This document shows positions 10,051 to 20,301 of a stretch of 64,000 nt of DNA, in pieces (positions within the stretch are counted from its first letter, which is position 1; every line of letters begins with the position of its first letter). A program made the translations under genes and the position numbers. The DNA comes from Bacteroidota bacterium (GTDB lineage: Bacteria > Bacteroidota > Bacteroidia > UBA8524), in NCBI GenBank assembly GCA_006226545.1, contig SBGR01000006.1, forward strand, positions 18,930 to 82,929. The letters are read 5' to 3'. The notes beneath the pieces were generated by a model. The model did no database searches, was not told where the DNA came from, and saw nothing but the letters and a program-made list of their open reading frames with translations.

Positions 10051-12050
10051 CGCAGCGGCAATTGAATATGGAAATGGGCACCCTCTCCTGCTTGACTGAT
10101 TAATTCCAATTCACCCCGCATGGCCTTTGTAAAGGTTTTAGCGATGTAAAGCCCTAATCCAGTAGACGATTCATTGCCGGTTGGTTGAGCAGATAAACGC
10201 TGGAATTTTTGGAATACCTTCTCAAAGTCGCTTTGCGAAAAACCAGGACCCTCATCTTGAATGTACAAGTGAAAGAAATCGGCATCCAATTCCGATTTCA
10301 ATACAATATTCCCGCCTTTTCTGCTGTATTTAATGGCATTGCTTAAGAGGTTATCTAAAGTACGCTCGAAGAAACTGGCTTTGTTAACCAGTTCCACATC
10401 TTGATCGAGGTTTAAATTCAACTTCAAGTCTTTTGCAGTAACCTGACTTTGGTAAAACTGCACCTGCTTTTTGATGATTTCATTCACGCTAAAACGGCGA
10501 TCTTGAGCACGTGAAGGAATGAGTTCACTGTCTTGAATGCGACTTAAATCCACCATGTCTTGAATAAGCGCAAGCCCATCGTATGAGACGTTTTCAATCA
10601 ATCCCAGATAACTCTCTAAATCTTGCCCATTCACGCCTTCCAATTTCACCACTTCCATCAAGCTGATGATTTTGGTAAACGGAGATCGAATATCGTGCGC
10701 CAGCAAACTAATCAACTCATCTTTTTCTTTCATGGTTTCAAGCAAGAGCTCCTGCTTGTCTTCCAATTCAGCACTTTTTCTGCTGAGGCTCTGATTTAAA
10801 ACCAAGGCTTCTTCTCTACTCGCTCCGAGTTTTTTACGGTTGTATACCAAAAGTATCAAGAAGACAATTAGCACAATCACGGCAATGGCCAGTCCGTAAT
10901 TAAACTTCTTCCTTAGCTTTAACGTGGCTTCTTGCTCTGATTGCAACGTTTTTAAACTCTGAATCTCTGCCTCTTTTTTCTCCGTTTCGTATAAGGTTTC
11001 TAGCTCAGCCAGTCTGCCACTGAAAATATTGGCCGACTGGGAATCTGAATAAGCGGTAAATTTTTGATAATGATCCAATGCAGTGCGGTAATCACCTTTA
11101 ACAATGGCAATTTCCGATATATTAAAATGCGCCTCTTTCAGCGGAACAAAGAAGTGGTTTGGTTCAGAAAGTTTGATGGCCTCATTGTAATGTTGCATTG
11201 CGGTTGAATACAAGCCTTTTTTCTGGTACTCATGACCTAATACAACTAAGGTTGGAGCAAGATTGAATATATCGTGTTGACTTAAACCGACAGCTAATTC
11301 ATAGTAATGTATGGCTGAGTCGCTTTGATTTAAGGACGAGAAATTGGTTCCTAAATTATGATAAGCGTTTTGAAGAGAAGTTAGATTATTGAATTTCAGA
11401 CTTATGCCTACTGACTTTTTCAAATAAACAATAGCTGAATCGTAGTTCTTCTGATTGTTATAAACCGAACCCACGTTATTGTAAATGGGTCCAAGTTTAA
11501 TTTCCAGGCCTTTCGCTCTATAATATTGCTCGGCCTTTGAATAATGATTAAGGGCATTTTCAAAATGTCCTCTATGTTGATTGATGATACCGATACTCAG
11601 GTTATTGTCGCCTATTCCAATTGTATCATTCAGTGCTTCGTATATACTGAGCGATTCATTGAATTGATCCCAAGCATTAGCGTAGTCATCGTCCATCATG
11701 AACAATACTCCTTTTATGCGGATGGCCTTGGCTAATTCAGACTTGTAAACAGAACCTCTTAAAACATCAATAGCGTAGCCAATATACGTTTCGCAAGTGT
11801 CATATGTTCCAAGGTAGTAATAGCTAATACCTTGGCGAATAGCCACACGACCACGTAAAACTTTGTCGGCTTTTTTTGCCTCGAGTTCGCTTGCTAGCCT
11901 ATCCAACTCCGTTCTGAATCCGGTTGGATCTTGGTGAAGCAAGGAATCGATACGACTTAACTTAGCTTGTACATAACTTGAATCTGGACTGCCTAAGGCA
12001 GTGTTTGCCCATAAGACAAACAACAAAAGGAGCTTAAAATGGGTTCTCAT
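10047..12050 (-). CDS. sensor histidine kinase with extracytoplasmic TPR repeats
   Basis: 667 aa with a signal peptide and multiple TPR-like repeats. One TM helix (LAIAVIVLIVFLILLV), a coiled coil, and a HisKA H-box (LLAHDIRSPFTKI). The C-terminal HATPase_c domain carries G-boxes. Confidence 0.75.
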   Translation of the reverse strand: MRTHFKLLLLFVLWANTALGSPDSSYVQAKLSRIDSLLHQDPTGFRTELDRLASELEAKKADKVLRGRVAIRQGISYYYLGTYDTCETYIGYAIDVLRGSVYKSELAKAIRIKGVLFMMDDDYANAWDQFNESLSIYEALNDTIGIGDNNLSIGIINQHRGHFENALNHYSKAEQYYRAKGLEIKLGPIYNNVGSVYNNQKNYDSAIVYLKKSVGISLKFNNLTSLQNAYHNLGTNFSSLNQSDSAIHYYELAVGLSQHDIFNLAPTLVVLGHEYQKKGLYSTAMQHYNEAIKLSEPNHFFVPLKEAHFNISEIAIVKGDYRTALDHYQKFTAYSDSQSANIFSGRLAELETLYETEKKEAEIQSLKTLQSEQEATLKLRKKFNYGLAIAVIVLIVFLILLVYNRKKLGASREEALVLNQSLSRKSAELEDKQELLLETMKEKDELISLLAHDIRSPFTKIISLMEVVKLEGVNGQDLESYLGLIENVSYDGLALIQDMVDLSRIQDSELIPSRAQDRRFSVNEIIKKQVQFYQSQVTAKDLKLNLNLDQDVELVNKASFFERTLDNLLSNAIKYSRKGGNIVLKSELDADFFHLYIQDEGPGFSQSDFEKVFQKFQRLSAQPTGNESSTGLGLYIAKTFTKAMRGELELISQAGEGAHFHIQLPLR

Positions 12051-12098
12051 GCAGGGGAATGCTGAAAATTAGAATATTTACCCGAAAAAAACTCAGCC

Positions 12099-14015
12099 TT
12101 AGCCCAAGGATTGGAGAATTTTTAGTGCTTCGGCGTTATTGGGCTGTACTTTTAACCACCGTTCAAGCCATTTCTTCGCTTCAAACTTGTTCTGAATACG
12201 CAAGTTCAAGTCTATCATGTTTCTAAATGCCGGTACGTAGTCCGGGTCTAGACTTAAGGCCTTGGTATAGTGTTTTTTGGCTTCAATTAAATTCGACTCT
12301 TGGAAATAAATATAACCTAAGCTATTCCAAGCGGCTGTTTCCAAAGGATTTTGAGCGATGGTTTCACTTAACAAGGCTTTTGCCTCGGATTTACGCTCAT
12401 TCACCAGTAATAAGACAGCATATTCTGTAGCCAATCGAGTGTCGTTCTTCAAATGCAGGTAAGCTCCTTGCATCGCCTTCAAAGCTTCTTTTGGTTGGTT
12501 AAGCGATTGGTAGGCTTTCGCTACGCGATAGTATGTCCAAGGATCCAGGTATTCCTGATTGGCATGAAGTTTAGTCAAGGCGCCGTATTCTCCTTTAAGG
12601 TAATGAAGGTGAATTTGCTGTTCAGTTAGGTTTGCGCCATTTCCATTCAGTAATGCAGCTGCAGAATCCAAGTAGATGGGTTTTGCCTCAAATTTATCGT
12701 AGTAAGCCAGGTAGGCTTTAACTTTTTCTTTGAGTTCCGGATTAGGATTGTTCACGGCATACAGTCCAATGAAACGCTTCTGCTTAGCGCTATCCTTTAC
12801 ATACGACTTCCGAATAAAGTGGTCGTGTACGGTAACGTGAGGAATGTCTAATGTTCCCTGTTTAGGCATGTGGCATTGCACGCAATTATCGGCCACTTTG
12901 GTTCGGGCTTCCGGTCGAGCTGTGCAGGCATCTTGTGCAGTATGGCAATTTTTACACGCCTGATTGAAAACGGCTTTGCCCGTCACTTTTACCGATACAT
13001 GTGGATTATGGCAATTGATGCAGGTGAGCTGTTGGGTATTTCCTGTTTTATTGCTCTGAACAAAGCATTGGCTCAACTGGAGTCGCTGTGCATGTGAGGC
13101 CATAATGAACTCATCTTCTGCCCCTTCGTAGCGAGGCATAAACACATTCACATAATCGCTTAGCTTCATACCGGGCTTGAAATCAGTGAAACTTTTCCCG
13201 TCTTTCAATACAGCGTTACCTTGGAGGTGACAGCGTTGGCAAAGATCTACCTGCCGTTCCCAACTAAGCTTAGCCGGATTCACAATGGAGTAATCCGTCT
13301 CTTTGTTTACATCTACCAAAATGCCGGCTTTCTTCTGCTGAACGTGAAGTTCGCCCGGACCGTGACAGCGTTCGCAATCAATGCCATCGGGAATTTTAGT
13401 GAACTTATTCACGCTTTGCGCATCAAATCCGGGAAGTGCGTTATGGCAGCTCATGCATTCCATGCCAATCAACCGACTGAAACGGCTATTCGCTCCATTT
13501 TCAAATCCCGGTGGTAAGTCCCACTTCCCTTCTTGCACGTACCAAGTCATGGGAGCCTGATAGACGTATCCATTGCTTGAAAACAAATGTGAATTGGTAT
13601 GCTGTCCGGAACCTATGATATAATCAATGGCCTGTTCTCGTTTGTAAACCGTGTCTTGGCCTTCCAACCTAAACTCGCGGATATGCAGAGTATTGTTTTG
13701 CCAGAAAGGGTAATAATAAAACCGACTGAAGGAGTCGAATACCGGATGTATTTGATGGAACTGGGCTGAACTTTTGGATTTGGTGGCGGAGTCGAAACTC
13801 ATGCCCATGCCGGTATGTAAAAAGGTTTCGTGTTTATCGGCATGGCATTGTTTGCAGGTGGCCATGCCCACGTATTTAACGGTATCGTTGTGGTTAAGCC
13901 AGGGCGATGCTGCAACTTGTTCTTCTCCCTTTTCCGAGCCGGTAAAGTCGGAACAATACGAGAAGAGCATGGCCATCAGGGCCAGCACAGACAGAACCGC
14001 CCAGGCTTTTTTCAT
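12099..14015 (-). CDS. multiheme (7x CxxCH) c-type cytochrome fused to a C-terminal TPR domain
   Basis: 638 aa with a signal peptide. Seven heme-binding motifs are readable: CKQCH, CMSCH, CERCH, CQRCH, CINCH, CKNCH and CVQCH. The C-terminal roughly 200 aa are TPR-like (YYRVAKAYQSL, AWNSLGYIYF, ALKILQSLG). Confidence 0.65.
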   Translation of the reverse strand: MKKAWAVLSVLALMAMLFSYCSDFTGSEKGEEQVAASPWLNHNDTVKYVGMATCKQCHADKHETFLHTGMGMSFDSATKSKSSAQFHQIHPVFDSFSRFYYYPFWQNNTLHIREFRLEGQDTVYKREQAIDYIIGSGQHTNSHLFSSNGYVYQAPMTWYVQEGKWDLPPGFENGANSRFSRLIGMECMSCHNALPGFDAQSVNKFTKIPDGIDCERCHGPGELHVQQKKAGILVDVNKETDYSIVNPAKLSWERQVDLCQRCHLQGNAVLKDGKSFTDFKPGMKLSDYVNVFMPRYEGAEDEFIMASHAQRLQLSQCFVQSNKTGNTQQLTCINCHNPHVSVKVTGKAVFNQACKNCHTAQDACTARPEARTKVADNCVQCHMPKQGTLDIPHVTVHDHFIRKSYVKDSAKQKRFIGLYAVNNPNPELKEKVKAYLAYYDKFEAKPIYLDSAAALLNGNGANLTEQQIHLHYLKGEYGALTKLHANQEYLDPWTYYRVAKAYQSLNQPKEALKAMQGAYLHLKNDTRLATEYAVLLLVNERKSEAKALLSETIAQNPLETAAWNSLGYIYFQESNLIEAKKHYTKALSLDPDYVPAFRNMIDLNLRIQNKFEAKKWLERWLKVQPNNAEALKILQSLG

Positions 14016-14018
14016 GAC

Positions 14019-14324
14019 TTAGCCCGGAAATTTGGCTTGCCAATCCATTACGCCACCTAAGAGGTTACGCACTTTGGTAAAACCTACCGACTGCAGAAAT
14101 GCTTTTGCATTAGCGCTGCGGGCTCCAGAACGGCAATGCACGATAAGTTCTTGGTCTTTGTAATCTTCCAATTCCTCGAGATTAGCAGGCAAAGTCCCTA
14201 GTGGAATAAGCTTCCCACCAATATTGAATTCATCAAATTCATAGGTTTCACGCACATCTACTACCATTGGGTTTTCACCTTGGTCTCTGCGCATTTTCAA
14301 TTCTTCTACTGTAATATCTTCCAT
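14019..14324 (-). CDS. rhodanese-like sulfurtransferase domain protein
   Basis: Active-site loop HCRSGARSANA. The likely start, MEDITVEEL at 14324, shares one nucleotide with the upstream stop. The track ORF extends to 14375. Confidence 0.7.
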   Translation of the reverse strand: MEDITVEELKMRRDQGENPMVVDVRETYEFDEFNIGGKLIPLGTLPANLEELEDYKDQELIVHCRSGARSANAKAFLQSVGFTKVRNLLGGVMDWQAKFPG

Positions 14325-16186
14325 CAGTGTTTGTTTAGTTTTCCTTGGTATTGGTTTCCGTTTACATCTTGGCAACGGAGGAAGTAAATTCCGGTTTGCA
14401 ATTCACCAATAGCGATGCTTTCCGTATCCTTCCCACTCATGACCATGCGGCCATCAATGCTAAAGATTTGATAATGCTTAATAATATCCAGTCCTTCAAT
14501 ATGTATACGTGTACTGCTAGGATTTGGAAATATTATGGCTTTGTTCACCTTTGCTTGCGGGCCTGCAGAAAGTGGATTGGGAATGGCTTTTCCAAAATGC
14601 ACGCGAATCATCGGTGTTCCGCTAACACTACTCTGTTCCCAACGTCCGCTAACATTGTATAAAACATTGGGATTCGCTGTATCCTGTCCTTGGTAACGGT
14701 AGTTTCGATCTAGACCCACATTGAGCATAAAAGCGCCGTTTTGTGTCCAGCCCACGTACACTTTGGAGTCAAAATAGAGCGCAGTATCCAACTTGTATAC
14801 ATGGAAGCCATTGATGGTATCGGTATAGGTTGGTAAACCGGCATTAAAGCTATGTGCCAATACATCGACACCAATATTGGGTTGTCCTACAGGTGCCAAA
14901 CTTCTCCAGATGTTTAGCGTAACGCCGCTGCTCACCGGAGTTTCGGCTTGGGTATAGTGGATGGAAATGGCGCGTAAAGTATCGCCTTGTTCCAATTCAA
15001 AACCACACGAAACACTGCCTGCGCCATTGCGAATTCCGTAACCTGATTCAGCTGTTCCATCATCGTAGGCGTAGTAGTTCGCTAGTTCAACGTAACGAAT
15101 AGCCGAATCGTTTTCTTTGATATCATTACCTCCTAAGATATCCCCAAGTTTAGAGGTTAAAATAAGGTAAGAGCTGTCTTGGCTATTGGGTTGTAGGGTA
15201 AAAACCGGAGTAAGGTTAAAGCTGGATTGACCGCTAGCAGCAAGCGATTGACCTTGCAAATTCACTCCGCCAACTTGCCCATTTTCGTCTTCCCCACGAA
15301 TGCCTATGGAAAAGGTTTCGCCTGAATTACTCAGGTTATTCACCGGTATTGTGTAATTGGTTTTCAGGTATTTATTGAAATTAGACTGCAAATGCGCCCA
15401 AGGTAAACTAGTATAGGTATTGAATGGTGTTTCAGGGAGGTATACCATGGCTTGGTCTTCAAACACAGTATCCGCGCTGTTTCTGCCTTGATTCAGGTAT
15501 ACATAGTCTACATGCCATTGTTTGAGATTGCCGATATAGGTCTGGTAATTCAAAAACCTGAATTGAAATCCCTCGTGAAAATAGCCTGAGTCGCCCAATG
15601 CTACTACGGCAGCTTTGAAATCTTGACGCGTTATTCCTGGCGATTGCCAAACATTTACCCAAGCTCCAATCTTATTTTTAAACTGAACAACCAACGAGTC
15701 ATCTACTGTCAAAACCTCAAAACTCCTACCCTGTGCTTGGTAAAAGAAACTAAGCATCACAGAATCTGATGGCAACAAGGCACTAAGGTTAATTGCTTGA
15801 GAGGTAAGGGTATCGGCAGATCCAAATCCGCCACTAAGGTTATCGTAAGCTCTTCCTTGTGAATTCAGTCCATCAAATGTGGCAACGTTTAAACTAGGCG
15901 GGTTGATTGGAAAATCAGGATTCACAAATACCGCATGGTCGGTCCACTTTGAGGCTGATGGATAAACACGATCAGCGCTGAAATCATCAAAAAAAGGTAA
16001 ACTCAAGGTATCTGTTAAGCCATGTGAAGCGGTGCCTACTTGCAAACTTTGCCAGTAGCGTTGTTGAAAGCCTCCATAGCCTTGTAACTGGGTATTTTTC
16101 TTCAAGGGTAAAACACCTTCGGTCTGCCCTTTTGCCCATGGTGCAATGGCCAAAGCCAACCCCAATACTATACTTTTTCTAATCAC
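14324..16186 (-). CDS. secreted protein with T9SS C-terminal sorting domain (Por_Secre_tail), function unknown
   Basis: 620 aa with a signal peptide. The C-terminal roughly 80 aa (IIFPNPSSTRIHIEGL...GIYFLRCQDVNGN) match the T9SS type A CTD. Confidence 0.6.
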   Translation of the reverse strand: MIRKSIVLGLALAIAPWAKGQTEGVLPLKKNTQLQGYGGFQQRYWQSLQVGTASHGLTDTLSLPFFDDFSADRVYPSASKWTDHAVFVNPDFPINPPSLNVATFDGLNSQGRAYDNLSGGFGSADTLTSQAINLSALLPSDSVMLSFFYQAQGRSFEVLTVDDSLVVQFKNKIGAWVNVWQSPGITRQDFKAAVVALGDSGYFHEGFQFRFLNYQTYIGNLKQWHVDYVYLNQGRNSADTVFEDQAMVYLPETPFNTYTSLPWAHLQSNFNKYLKTNYTIPVNNLSNSGETFSIGIRGEDENGQVGGVNLQGQSLAASGQSSFNLTPVFTLQPNSQDSSYLILTSKLGDILGGNDIKENDSAIRYVELANYYAYDDGTAESGYGIRNGAGSVSCGFELEQGDTLRAISIHYTQAETPVSSGVTLNIWRSLAPVGQPNIGVDVLAHSFNAGLPTYTDTINGFHVYKLDTALYFDSKVYVGWTQNGAFMLNVGLDRNYRYQGQDTANPNVLYNVSGRWEQSSVSGTPMIRVHFGKAIPNPLSAGPQAKVNKAIIFPNPSSTRIHIEGLDIIKHYQIFSIDGRMVMSGKDTESIAIGELQTGIYFLRCQDVNGNQYQGKLNKH

Positions 16187-16190
16187 GAGC

Positions 16191-16946
16191 TTATTTTATC
16201 GTCACGTTAATACTACTGCCTCTATACAACATGAGGTCTGAACTATAGGACGGCGACTGACTGATAACCGTTGCCTGCGAGGAGTCGCTAATTTTACCGG
16301 TGGTATAAACTTCACCTAGTTTAAGTCCCATCGCACCTAAAATTATTCGCGCCTCGTTTAATGTTGATCCGTCTAAGTCGGGAACCGGTACTTTTTCAGC
16401 TGCCTGCTTGCCACCATTTCCAATAATCAGGTTGATAACGCTGCCACGCGGAATTTCGGTATTCACCCGAATCACATTTCCTTTATAAAGCTGTTTAATT
16501 ACAGCGTCTTCAGCAATGTCTTCAACCGTATCAATATGGCCAATTTTCAAGCCTACACTCTCTAGAATGAACAGTGCCTGTTTGATGTTTTTGTCTTCTA
16601 AATCCGGCATTTGAACCATCGGCACATCCCCGCGGTTAATGCGGATATAGATCTTTCGTTCTTCCTTCACCAAACATCCGCTATCCGGAATTTGTTCGAT
16701 AACAGCATTTTTAGGGAAATTCTCATCGTATAACGAATCGAGGATTTCATAACGAAGATCCAATTCTTCTAAGAGATTGCCTGCTTCTTCAACTTGCAAG
16801 CCATAGAGCGAAGGCACGTATTTGCTTTCCCCGTGACGGGTAACGGAATCCAAAAATTTATCGACACCCCATACTACCAATGCCAGAAATACTAGCATGG
16901 CTATAAGGTTGATCCATAATGGTTTAGACTTTAGTACTTTAATCAT
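16191..16946 (-). CDS. PASTA domain-containing membrane protein
   Basis: 251 aa with an N-terminal TM helix followed by repeated PASTA-like modules. Overlaps the ddl-like stop by 4 bp. Confidence 0.55.
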   Translation of the reverse strand: MIKVLKSKPLWINLIAMLVFLALVVWGVDKFLDSVTRHGESKYVPSLYGLQVEEAGNLLEELDLRYEILDSLYDENFPKNAVIEQIPDSGCLVKEERKIYIRINRGDVPMVQMPDLEDKNIKQALFILESVGLKIGHIDTVEDIAEDAVIKQLYKGNVIRVNTEIPRGSVINLIIGNGGKQAAEKVPVPDLDGSTLNEARIILGAMGLKLGEVYTTGKISDSSQATVISQSPSYSSDLMLYRGSSINVTIK

Positions 16947-19606
16947 TGGTTCTGCGTTAATCGGTATTTCCCATACTCTAAAATCTGGTCGATAAAGTCC
17001 AGCGGTTTATAGCCGTTAATGGCTGTTTGATGGAATATACAGGTGGCCGGAGTCATACCGGGCAGGGAATTTACTTCAATAAAGATGACTTCCACACGTC
17101 CATCGCTAAAAATTCGAACGAAGGCATCTATGCGGGCATAACCTTCAATTTGCAAGACTTTGGCTGCAGCCTCAAAGGTCTTTCTCACTTCATCGGAGAT
17201 GCGTTGACGTTCGATTGCATCTTTAGCATAACGTGCCGGTGTGATGTTTTGTCCTTGTCCGGCTAAGAATTTCTCTGCCAAGGATAAGATACCCTTCTCT
17301 GCCAAGGATTCGGAAGCTTCAAAGATTTCGTAGCGAACCGTTCCTTGTTCATTGTGGGTTAATAATCCGCCTGTGATCTCCAAGAAATGTTGAGCACCAT
17401 TTGACCCGATGAGTTCTTCAACCAAAAAGTATCGTTTCATCGGAACTTCTTCCTTCGGATCAATATCCAAGGCTGCAGCTGCCTCGGCAGGCAAGGCTTC
17501 AGTTTGACGGAAGATGAGTTCAGCAAAATGAGCCAGTTCTGATGCAGAGTTGATCTTCTTTACAGCAGAGCTACAGCCGTCGTCGGCCGGTTTAGCGATG
17601 AGCGGATAAGAACAGGTTTCTTCGATTTCTTTCAATAAGGCTATGCGGTCGTTAGACCAACGGTCCTCTTCTACCAATACAGCCTTGGCTACCAGGAATC
17701 CTGCCGACTCAAGCTTGCGGTTGGTATCGTATTTATTGATGGTAATGCGAGAACTAGTTACCCCGCTTCCATTGTAAGGTAACCCAATTTTTTCGAGCTT
17801 TTCTTGCAAAGCACCGTCTTCACCCGGTCTTCCGTGTAAGGCGATAAAGACTTCGTCTACCAAAGTCTTAAGCTCTTCTAATTCAACGTGCTTCGGAATC
17901 ATGACCGCATGGTCTGACTTGTATCTATCTCGGATAGATTGGCAATCGTTTACAATCTTCTCCATGGCCGGGTGACGGTAGAAATGAAGCACTTTTTCCT
18001 TGATATCATCTGCATTGTCTTTCAACATGATATTGGTTGGAAGTAAATGCAATTCAAAGGCTTCATCGTTGCCTGTTAAAAACACCGGAATTGGGTCGTA
18101 TTTGGACGAACTGGAGAGTTTTTCAAAGATGTTTCTTCCACTTTCAACACTGATATGTCGTTCAGAAGAATAGCCTCCCATCACTACTGCCACACGAATC
18201 TTTTCCGATTTCTCCTTTGCGTTATCAAGAGAATTCTTAAGTTCACTTAAAACCTGTTGGTAGGCTTGTGGCGCATTGGCGTGTTCTACACGTTCCTTTA
18301 GCGATGTTTCAATGATATACGTGAGGAAATCGCTAGGATTTAATCCGATTTCAGCAGCTTGGTGGAAGAAAAACGAACTCGGCATCATGCCTGAAGTGGT
18401 ATTCGGGTCGTTTAACAATACCTTTCCATCAGCTGTGTAAAAGCCATCGATGCGAGCGTAAACATTGAAGTTAAACTGAGCGAACATCGCTACGCACGAT
18501 TGCCTGATGCGTTCAATCTCATCCAAAGGCAAATCGATTGGCGTGAGTTTACGCGATAAGCCCGGCAGGTATTTGGATCGGTAATCGAATAACTCCTTCC
18601 CTTTTACAATCTCCGTCGGCGGCAAGGCTACCGGCTTAGCATCGGTATCTTGTACAACGATGCACGAGAATTCTCGTCCCTCAATAAAGTCTTCTACCAC
18701 CACTTCCGATTCTCCATCTTTGGCTTCCAGTCGCATTTTGGAGGCACCTGCTGCAAATCCCGATTTCAACTTAGCCAACAAGTCTTCCGGCAAGAAAACC
18801 CATTCTGCATTGAGCAATAAGGGCATTCCAAGTCCTTCGCGGATATCAGCCATGCTGCGCACCCACTCTACTTGTTCAGGTTCAGATAGACCATCCCATT
18901 CCGACTTCGTTAACTCGTGAATGAAAAAGGATTTATGGAGTGCTTTGGTTAAATCTCGCTTATCCTGCACTACGCTAATGCCCAGTGAAGAACCTTGTTT
19001 GGCCGATTTAACCAAAAACGGGGTAGTAAAATGATCGCTCACTTTTTGAATGACCTGTTCCGGATTCGATTGCCATTCCGCCCTTTTAACGGATAGCCAG
19101 TCGGGCGAAACCAATCCTGTCGCTTCAAAGAGCTGCTTTTGCAATTTTTTATTGATGCCGAAAGAAGAAGCAAAGATGCCTGAACCGGTATACGGTATGC
19201 CGTGCCATTCCAGTAAACCTTGAATGGTGCCATCTTCGGCAAATGAGCCGTGCAAAGCCAAGAAGACTAAATCGGCTCTGACTGCTAATTCTTCAAACCG
19301 AATAGGTTTACCAATGGAGCTTAACATCGCTAGCTGAGCCTCTTTGTTCAGGTTTAGCGATTCAGCATAAATCTGATAGGCATGTGGCGAATCAGGCAGA
19401 TAATCGATTGGCGGATAAAAGTCGCGAATACTGCCTTTGTAGACGTATTGCCAATCCAATTCAACCAAATTATTGAAGCTATCCACAAAAATGGGAATGG
19501 CTTCAAATTTTGTCTTGTCTAGGTTATCGTAAACCGTACGGCCACCCGAAAAAGAGACTTCTCGCTCCCGGCTGCTGCCCCCGAAAAGGATTGCTACTTT
19601 TATCAT
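16943..19606 (-). CDS. ddl: tandem-duplicated D-alanine--D-alanine ligase family protein (two ATP-grasp modules)
   Basis: Module 1 has MIKVAILFGGSSREREVS and HGSFAEDG. Module 2 has IRVAVVMGGYSSERHISVESG, the canonical LHGRPGEDGALQEKLEKIGLPYNGSGV, and FIEVNSLPGMTPATCIFHQ. The true start is probably MIKVAIL at 19606. Confidence 0.7.
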   Translation of the reverse strand: MIKVAILFGGSSREREVSFSGGRTVYDNLDKTKFEAIPIFVDSFNNLVELDWQYVYKGSIRDFYPPIDYLPDSPHAYQIYAESLNLNKEAQLAMLSSIGKPIRFEELAVRADLVFLALHGSFAEDGTIQGLLEWHGIPYTGSGIFASSFGINKKLQKQLFEATGLVSPDWLSVKRAEWQSNPEQVIQKVSDHFTTPFLVKSAKQGSSLGISVVQDKRDLTKALHKSFFIHELTKSEWDGLSEPEQVEWVRSMADIREGLGMPLLLNAEWVFLPEDLLAKLKSGFAAGASKMRLEAKDGESEVVVEDFIEGREFSCIVVQDTDAKPVALPPTEIVKGKELFDYRSKYLPGLSRKLTPIDLPLDEIERIRQSCVAMFAQFNFNVYARIDGFYTADGKVLLNDPNTTSGMMPSSFFFHQAAEIGLNPSDFLTYIIETSLKERVEHANAPQAYQQVLSELKNSLDNAKEKSEKIRVAVVMGGYSSERHISVESGRNIFEKLSSSSKYDPIPVFLTGNDEAFELHLLPTNIMLKDNADDIKEKVLHFYRHPAMEKIVNDCQSIRDRYKSDHAVMIPKHVELEELKTLVDEVFIALHGRPGEDGALQEKLEKIGLPYNGSGVTSSRITINKYDTNRKLESAGFLVAKAVLVEEDRWSNDRIALLKEIEETCSYPLIAKPADDGCSSAVKKINSASELAHFAELIFRQTEALPAEAAAALDIDPKEEVPMKRYFLVEELIGSNGAQHFLEITGGLLTHNEQGTVRYEIFEASESLAEKGILSLAEKFLAGQGQNITPARYAKDAIERQRISDEVRKTFEAAAKVLQIEGYARIDAFVRIFSDGRVEVIFIEVNSLPGMTPATCIFHQTAINGYKPLDFIDQILEYGKYRLTQNQ

Positions 19607-19736
19607 TCCATGCAAATATAGAATTGAGGCCTGAACCATCAATCAATGCCAACAAGGAGTTATAAACCATGCTTTGGGTTTGTACAATTCAGTATTCAAT
19701 ACTTAATTTGGAACTGCTATTGCTATAGAACAAACC

Positions 19737-20279
19737 ATGAAAAAAGTATTCGGAGTATTCCTGATTAGTTTCATCGCCTTGGCTGCCCAGGTGGAAACAA
19801 ACGAAACGAGCAGCAATTCTGCTGTATTAAGCGATTCAACCAATGCCGCTACCCTTCCAAGTATTTCATTGAAAGACATGGATGGGAATACCATCAACGT
19901 AAAAGACATGGCCGACAGCGGTAAAATCACCATCTTCTCTTTCTGGGCTACCTGGTGTGGACCGTGCAAAAAAGAGTTGAAAAACATCAATGAACTTTTG
20001 GAAGACTGGGAATCAGACTACAATGTAAAATTGGTAGCTGTTTGCACAGATGATAGTCGGAATGCCCCTAAAGTTAAACCTTACGTAAACGGTCAAGGCT
20101 GGGAGTTTCCGGTAATCATGGATCCAAACCAAGAGTTTCAAAGAGCGATGAATGCACCTAATATTCCATTCACCGTTGTAGTAGACGGTCAAGGTAAAGT
20201 GCGTTATACTCACCTCGGATATGTAGAAGGCGACGAGTACGAGTTAGAGAAAAAGATTAAGGCTATCGCAGGTAAATAA
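19737..20279 (+). CDS. TlpA-like thiol-disulfide oxidoreductase (thioredoxin fold)
   Basis: Signal peptide and the motif FWATWCGPCKKE. Confidence 0.75.
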   Translation: MKKVFGVFLISFIALAAQVETNETSSNSAVLSDSTNAATLPSISLKDMDGNTINVKDMADSGKITIFSFWATWCGPCKKELKNINELLEDWESDYNVKLVAVCTDDSRNAPKVKPYVNGQGWEFPVIMDPNQEFQRAMNAPNIPFTVVVDGQGKVRYTHLGYVEGDEYELEKKIKAIAGK

Positions 20280-20301
20280 GCCGAGCGAAACGATATGCGA
20301 A

